DNA of 64,000 bases from Eledone cirrhosa. Lineage: Eukaryota. The notes beneath the pieces are model-generated. The model was not told where the DNA came from. It worked only from the letters and a program-made list of their open reading frames with translations, and did no database searches. Positions 56,010 through 64,000 of the stretch are shown in pieces. Numbering within the stretch: position 1 is the stretch's first letter; each line of letters begins with the position of its first letter. Position numbers and translations under genes: made by a program. Where the stretch lies: the NCBI GenBank assembly GCA_964016885.1, contig OZ024741.1, positions 375,286,001 through 375,350,000 of the forward strand, given 5' to 3'.

Positions 56010-57646
56010 TAGTAGTAGTAGTAGTAATTAGTTTTTTTGTTGTTTAGTGTTTTGAATTGGCAGAGTCGATAAAAAGTTTATTAGAATGCCTTGCGGTATT
56101 TGCTACAGCTCTCTACGCTCTAAGTTCAAAATCCCAAGGTCAACTTTGACCTTTATCCTTCGACAAAGAGAAGTAGATCGAGAGTAATGTGATTGGGAAA
56201 ATTGTTAGAGCATTAGACTAGATACTTTGCAGTACTTTTTGTTCTCAAATCGCAGAGTTTAAATTTCACTACCTATCTCCAGCCTCTTCGTCGGTGGAAT
56301 ACAGAATCTTAAACACTCGGCTAGTTATGTTAGACATACAATGTCAGAGGAGGTGATGAGTCGGCCGATTGGAGCACAATCTCAATCGCATCAATAAAAA
56401 CGAAAGGTTGATGCATAATGTAAGATAAACGGTAATCCCTTTCACACTAAAATAATCAAAGAACCAATCAAACAAACCAACAATCAATAGACGAGACCTA
56501 ATTGAACAGATCGATAATAAAATATATATAAGTTTCTGCCATGTCGTCTTTTATTTTAGACATAGTGTATCTAGGACTACATTCATCAATATATCCTTCC
56601 ACTTTAAGTAAGTAGGGAAATATGTGGAATCCATTTCTAGTAAGTCAAACATAGAGACCGCATCACATCACAATCACATTGGTTCTCTATATAAGTTTAC
56701 ACGTGGATAAACTTATTTGAATACTAATGTTGATTTGGCACCTATTAAGAAAATTCTATTCGCACCAACTAAAAATTCCATTAAATATATAGTTACGCAT
56801 TCAAAACTGGTGATTAGACATGACAACACGCACGTACAAGCTCTAATAACAGAATCCCAATAATGTCTATGAAACTAGCAGTTTTTAGTGTATTACACAT
56901 ACCATGTATATATATATAAGTTAAAACAATGAAATAAAAAATCAAGTCATTAGAGATATACTTCACTGCTTTACGATCGTTTCTAGGTGATGATAATACA
57001 TTGTAGCTATACTCCGTTATTGATTTATGTAAGGTTAGTTACAAAATATCAGATAAAGAGAATATTTACTTACATGCATATCACCAGCTGTTTTCAAAAG
57101 CAATAATAATTTTATTCAGAATTAGTAGTATGTTAGTATCATGTCCTTATTTGGAGTGAGAAATGAAATTTCGTTTCATTCTATTCCATTTATCGTTTTC
57201 GGTGCGCCTGGCCGACTGAACTCACTCGATATGCAAATTAGGCTGCTCAGCCGTTAATTTTCATAAGGAAAGTATATACTTTCGAACGTTCAACCATCTG
57301 GCAGAAAGGTATACGGTGCTGACGATAGCTAACAAGCTTGAAACTAGTACATCGTTCCTGTGTCAGTGTTGAACAAAAAGGTGACGTGGTTGCCTGAACA
57401 CTGTACGGCGTAAATCAGGCTGTCCGTTTGTTTACAAACGAACAAAGCGAACATTATAATAAATGTTCGGTAAACTGATACGTGCATATATATATGTGTG
57501 CCTGTATGTATATATATGTATATATATATATATATGCATGCTACTGTACGTCTGTATACATATATGAATGTACGTATACATACATACTTACATTTAAGTA
57601 GTGCCGTACTAAGAGTGAGAAATGAAATTTCGTTTCATTCTATTCC

Positions 57647-57705
<59 letters not shown>

Positions 57706-58079
57706 ATCAATTAATTACAACAGTGACATATTGCTACCCCAACTCATTCAGCCTGCCATATTGTGTGATAGAGTACTTCCGGGGAGATTCGCACCCAAAG
57801 AAACTTAAGTACCTGTATATGTCACCGTTGAGTGCTCTAAACCCTTGGATATTTATACCAAGTTTGTACTACAATATATATATATATATAATATATGATA
57901 TCATATATATATATATATATATATAACGAAGGAAATGTGGTAAGGAACCAGATGGACCATAACGCACCAAAGTACTCAAACTCAATACTTAGTGTAGTAG
58001 AGTGGGTAATAGGAACGAGTAGGAGTCCAGAACTAGCCGTCGAAGCGGCTTGAGCTCAGCCGTCGGGGTCCTACTCGTT

Positions 58080-58154
<75 letters not shown>

Positions 58155-58295
58155 GCTTAGTGTTGACGGTCGCGAGAAGGAATACTCAACTAAGGCCAAG
58201 TTTGAGTTTTATTACTCCAGAGTTTCCCATGTGTAACCTGATGACTCTAGACTTAAACTTGGCATTAATAAATGAAATACACACACACACACATA

Positions 58296-58360
<65 letters not shown>

Positions 58361-60117
58361 CAAAATAACACTTGCGAGGTGTATCCTATTTCCTCTGTAT
58401 CATAATTACTAGATTGGAACTTCCCATTGTTTTGGACTTGGTGTATATATTCCTACCTTTGCAAGTTTCATTCCACATGAAACTGTATACACTTGAAACA
58501 TAGTGACTATAATTTGATCTACTAACTTTGATCGTGTTCATGTTGTGCATGTGTAATAGTAATTGATTAAAGGTTGTCAGACTATAACAGAACACATATT
58601 AGCTTACATATGTTTAAATTCATGAATTGACATTTCCTATACAGCAGTGAGCTGTTTTTCATGCCATCAACATCGGAGCCAAGAGAATCTTTCATAAGAA
58701 TGAATAAATCTACAATCTAAGGTGTTTTCGACCGTTTGGGCAGGTAAAGAGCTTATTCAAAGAAGCAGATATGTTTTCAATACATAAGTGTACTGCGCAG
58801 TAATTTATTTTAGTTTTTCATACCGTATTGCTGTCTCTTATCGTGCCAGAGCACAGCTCGTTTGCACAATGATGTAAGGTTATCGACCTAACAATTCTCA
58901 ATAGAACAGCATGATTTACACATTTATATTAGCCTCGATAAAACAGATCCATCTCACCGATTTCATCGGATACATTATTTGCTCTTCCTCAACAAGGCTC
59001 AAGACTAGGAGAAAATGGACGGCATCAGAGGTAATGGAATACTTTGGGCCTCTCTAGGATAAGAAGATATAGATCACACAGACCAATAGAGAGGGTCTTT
59101 GACGTTCTGAATTCAGGACATACTATGCCATGAATCAGAGAGAAGGATCGCAGTAGACAACCAAATAAAGAAGAAAGAATTTAGCAGCCACTATTTGGCT
59201 TTGGTGTAATGGGGCCAACATGGATAGTGTGTTGCTTGGGAAGGATTTGAAGTTGAGTGGAAGATCTGATGGAAAACTTTGGTCATGTGAGTCAGGCAGA
59301 ACTAGTTTTCTAGTTTGCTCTGTCTATAAAAGCTTCCTTGTCCCACAAACTTAAAACGTTGGAAAGTAGAAGAGAGTGGCCTGTGAAAATGCCTATAAGG
59401 TCTGAAGAAGAAACTAACATGGTGGTAATACCAGGGGCTTAGAGTACTGGCTGAAACAGTGGAAGAGATGATAAAAAGGATGAATAATGGCAAGAGACTG
59501 CAAGTGGTAGAGAAGGGTAGGATGAAATTTTGGAAGAAAGACTGACACAAAATCGGAGAGGGGGGGGGGGGGGCTGGGAGATCTCAGTTGGCCTGGATAG
59601 TAAATACCACATCCACCGTTTTACCATCAAAAGATATGAGCTAGTCATGTGGTTAAAGAAATGGAAGGTGATAAAGATGGCAAAGCAGACCGTCTCCCAA
59701 GAACTGAACATCAATGATTCATCCAACAAGAAAGGGATTGAGATGATGGACCTCTGCGAAATCAGTGGATAGGAAGTATCATGTCACCCCATGAGGATAG
59801 GTGTCAGGGATTTGTCAGAACCAGGATTGACTCACTAAGGGTCGCTGCAAAAGAAAAAGAAAAACACCTTTCAAGGAAATTATCAGAGGCTGTTGAGAGA
59901 GAGAGCGATACACTACGTCAGGTTCAAGAAAGATGAATGGTGCGTCTTGCACAATGAGTTTGACAAGGATGTCTGGCCCGGAGTTCCAATGCCTACATGC
60001 ATGGGCGGTTCTTAGTAGCTCTGGTGCCACGGTACAAAGGGCTGAAATACCGACAGAGTTGCTTCACTACCTCTGGGATTCGTGACGGAATGCAGCACCA
60101 CCCCAAGTATATATAAA

Positions 60118-60208
<91 letters not shown>

Positions 60209-60421
60209 CAGTATATAGAGAAGAATACACAAAGAGGGATGTGTTCAATTGTAGGGGATAGAATACCACTAGGCTGAAAAGCATGTCCCCTATACCCTAT
60301 AATTGAACACATACTCTTTGTGTATTTTTCTCTATATACTGTCATATAAAGAGCCCGGTATCTAATCATTGAGCTCATTAAATTAGATGGGATTAACGTG
60401 AGTCTTTAACTCCGCTTTGTA

Positions 60422-60502
<81 letters not shown>

Positions 60503-60696
60503 ACAGGGAGAAAGAGACGATTATTAGGAAGAAAAATATATTTTGTTCCTTTTTTATTTCTCTCTCTCTTTTTTCTGGGTTAGAAAATGATTAAAACGAA
60601 ATGTTTTACTTTGTGTGAAGTGTTAAGGTATTAGTTGATTTATTTATTATATTTAACAATGGCATTTATTTATCTATTTATATATTTAATAATTGT

Positions 60697-60735
60697 CTAT
60701 TACCGGTTTCAGCATTTTTATGCATTATCAAATGA
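60697..60735 (-). ncRNA. Minimal hammerhead-like motif, U3-A8 variant
   Basis: AT-TTGATAA-TGCA(TAAAAA)TGCT-GAAA-CCGG-TA-AT; stem I short. Confidence 0.45.
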
Positions 60736-61139
60736 TAGTGAAATGTATTAGTGTGGTGTCGCACATATTAAAGAGAAGGTGCAGAAAGATTAATGTTATT
60801 TACAAACAAGGTTTATGAGGTGAAAAGAAAAAAGAAAATAGAAAAAAAAAACGGGCGTAATGTAGAGCATAAAAAGTCAATGTGAAAGAAAAAATAATAT
60901 ATATATATAATTGGTCTTGGATGCTTAAAGCGTCCGTGTGCGGTAGGCCGTTTGAGCACTCGATGCTCTCATATGATATCACAGAAAAAAAGAGAATCAG
61001 TGTTGCGACGAATGGAATTTATTGGACATATTACAATCGTTTCTCTGGCGTCCAGCTCGAGGCACGATCGATGTGATGATCGAAGGTCTTCAGATACGCC
61101 TTGATTCTAATTAGGAAAATCTGCTTCGTAGAATCAAGA

Positions 61140-61231
61140 CGTATCTGAGGACCTTGCGATTTTCAGAGTCAGGTTCGATCATCACATCGATCGTTCCTCG
61201 AGCTGGTCACCAGTGAAACGATTGTAATATG
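61140..61231 (+). ncRNA. Type I hammerhead-like motif with long stem II region, inside palindrome 60976-61282
   Basis: CGTAT-CTGAGGA...GAAA-CGATTG-TA-ATATG followed by AATAAA; mirror copy (CTGAAGA) on the minus strand in the left arm. Confidence 0.55.
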
Positions 61232-61275
61232 TCCAATAAATTCCATTCGTCGCAACACTGATTCTCTTTTTTTGT

Positions 61276-61326
<51 letters not shown>

Positions 61327-61583
61327 CGGTGGATGTGAAAAAGGAAAACAGTACTCAATTAGGTATGAGAACTGATATATTATTTATTTATGTTCATACA
61401 CGGAACAAAAGTGCTATGTAAGATTTTGAAGGCCCGATTTCAGCCATTTCTCCATATTGTAAGAGCAATGAAATTCATGAGCTAGTGGACGAGTTTGAAG
61501 ATATTGTTAAACATATAGCGGCTTTAACGAGCTGATGATGAAAGGCCAATGGAACAAGAAGTGGAATAGCAATGTATACTTAC

Positions 61584-61714
61584 TTTATCCAATTAAATCC
61601 GTCTAAGTAGGTTTCAAGAAAGGAATACAGGAATTTATAATCCAATCTAGCTTCATGTGTAAGATTGCTCACATTAATTGTCTTTACATAAGTTAAGATG
61701 TCGTTGCACTCCAT
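61584..61714 (-). CDS. DUF885-family protein, first exon visible in window (MECNDILTYVKTINVSNLTHEARLDYKFLYSFLETYLDGFNWI)
   Basis: Acceptor ttcacAG, donor GTaagt; 131 nt, phase 0 to 2, joins the next exon in frame. The ATG follows a splice acceptor, so it is probably not the start codon. Confidence 0.85.
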
Positions 61715-62548
61715 CTGTGAACAGTAGAAAAATAACCAAATTGTCATGGTAAAACATATAAATGTTAAATTGCTTCTTTATCTTGTTTAGTATACACTAT
61801 CTTTTACTTATAGGCCCTTCACTCCTCATGGAGTCGTAAGGGAGCCGTCATGACATTCGACGTGTGATGGGCACTGAAACCTGGCAGACATTATCCCTCT
61901 CAAGGGCTGATCACAGCCGATTTCTTCAAGGGAGATAACAAATCTATCCGGGTACTGGTGCTTTATTTATCGTGCTCAAAGGATGAAAGTGAAAGTTGAC
62001 TTCGGTGTGAATTTACCTCAGAACTCAGAGAGCCGGAACAAATACCGCAGTGCATTCTTTCCGACTTTCTAACGACAATGCTAATTCCTCGCCTTTGTTT
62101 AATATAACCTTCTTTATTATATAAATAATTAAACCCACAAAATTAAATTATGTTGATTGATTTCTAGCACAGACGCTATAACACAGAAAATTAATTGGAG
62201 GAGAATTTTGTGTAAGGTCCCGTAACTGATGGAGTCGAATGGGCACCGTAGTGACATACGACGTTTTGGGTTCATTTATAAAACCTGATAGAACCCACTC
62301 CTCTCCAGGTCTGAACACTGCAGACTTCTTCCAGATAAGGATAGAAAGTGAGAGAGGAAGTGTAAAAGAAATATGGAGGAAGAATCGTCTCCAGTACTTG
62401 ACTGGTACTCTTTTATTGACCACGAAATGATGAAAGACAAAGTTGACCTCAGTGGGATTTGAACTCAGAGAGCAGAAACGAATACCACAAAGCATTCTAC
62501 CCGACGTTCTAACGACTCTGCCAATGCGTTGCCTTGGGTGGGAGGAGT

Positions 62549-62835
62549 CTAAGTCTAAAGTCTGTCTTAAGCCAGAAGGCTCATTTAGCCGGTGCTTATC
62601 CCGGTTTCATGGCGTGAAGCGACTGAGAGTACAAGACTCCCCCCTGGACAGGACGCCAGTCCATCGCATGATTAAACCCCAGCTGTTGCTGGTACTCATT
62701 TTCAGCTGAGTATACTGGAGCAACATGAAATGAAGCGTTTTGCTCAAGAACACAACACGCAACCCAGGAATCGAACCCACGACATTATGATCGTAAGTCG
62801 AACACCCTTACCACTAGGCCACGTGCCTCCGCGCA
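62549..62835 (-). mobile_element. tRNA-derived SINE of a second family, full-length; older copies at 51851-52125 and ~33760-33895
   Basis: A box TGGCCTAGTGG, B box GGTTCGATTCC, (AGACTT)n-like tail, 12-bp TSD GGTGGGAGGAGT at 62537-62548 and 62836-62847. Confidence 0.9.
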
Positions 62836-64000
62836 GGTGGGAGGAGTGCAGTTGATTAAATCGACTTCAGTATTTGATTGGTACTTATTTCCTAACCCCG
62901 GAACGATGGAAAGCTAAGTTGGATCCACTGAGATTTAAACTCACGGGGAAAGGGCCATATCTAAATAACACAAATTAAAATGACATAATACCTAGTACAT
63001 ATTAAGTCTTACCACTTACAATTATACATCCACAATGAAAGTGCCAAAATTCTAACATTACAGGCATTTGGAGAATGTTGGATTTGTGTAATCGTTAAAA
63101 CGTCGGACAAATTCTTCGGGGTATTTGTTCTGGCTCATTATATTCTGAGTTCGAATCCTGCCGAGGTCAACTTTACTCTTTATCCTTCCAGGTCCGATAA
63201 AATAAAGTACCAACTTCCATTTAATCGACTTTTCCCCTCACTTACGTGTCACACATTTTTCTTTAACATTTCCACGAATAGGTGAAATTTACCAACACGC
63301 TACAATCTTGGATCGTATTCATTAAAAAAAAATGAAAAATCCTTAATACAATATTTAACTAGAATACAGTCGTGTCTTCTATTTAACATTTTAAAAAGAA
63401 AAGCTGTTTCTCACATTCATAAATACATATAAATATATATATATATATATATCTATGCAGATATATATACAACTTAGACTCTTCCGAACGAACAAAAATA
63501 GATTTTTCATTGTGGTGTACAATTAATAATAGGGAAGTCATATTAATAACACTATACAGTTTTGTTTTACGCCATGTCATGTAGTTCTCCGCAATTACTT
63601 ATAAGTACATACGCGGTGAACCTAACGAGAATGTGTTGTATTTATATGGGCGAACGTGAGAGTTAAAGTCATCAGGTTTATACCTCACACGTTTATAATC
63701 AAATATATAAACCACACTGGTTATTCGCATCATTAAATCTATTACAATAACCATCTGCGTTCAAGCTATAGGATAGAACACATTATTAAAAACAAAAACA
63801 GCAATTACGAAACAAACCTAAACAAAACAACAACTCAGATAACAAAACATAAAATACATTGTTCTCAATCGTAAGGTAATATTTTACAATTTACTTAGAA
63901 AATGAAAAAAATAATCCATTTAATCCATTCTTATGAATACCAAGCCATATAATGTGTGCGGGCGAACGTATGCTCGTCTATTACACACACACAAACACAT

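Noticed and set aside
57074-57087. Possible 14-nt micro-exon on the minus strand (aacAG...GTaagt)
   Set aside because: It would shift the frame, the flanking exons already join in phase, and such sites arise by chance in an 8-kb intron.
58980-59900. Purine-rich stretch that may be a decayed L1/Tx1 endonuclease region
   Set aside because: No intact motif recognisable; cannot support a call.

Overview
AT-rich, microsatellite-dense animal genomic DNA. The repeat repertoire suggests an octopus or other coleoid cephalopod (inference, no database search). Almost the whole window is one minus-strand spliced gene. I reconstructed 15 GT-AG exons (61714 to 1316) with consistent phases, encoding 561 aa of a DUF885-family zinc-metallopeptidase-like protein with HETNPGHH, EGWATYAE, RLVVDSGIH and EVDRYITWPGQA motifs, 9 N-glycosylation sequons and a GPI-signal-like C-terminus. 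Its N-terminal exons must lie beyond position 64000. The introns hold a young RTE LINE with a twin-priming-type 5' inversion and 10-bp TSD, a second decayed near-full-length RTE with a PHD-like finger, RTE-derived short elements in (ATAC)n, many tRNA-derived SINEs and hAT/mariner MITEs. There is also a dense set of short Penelope-like fold-back elements next to (TA)n carrying hammerhead-ribozyme motifs, several in the host gene's sense orientation at potentially functional positions. Most ORFs in the supplied track are microsatellite or antisense artefacts.
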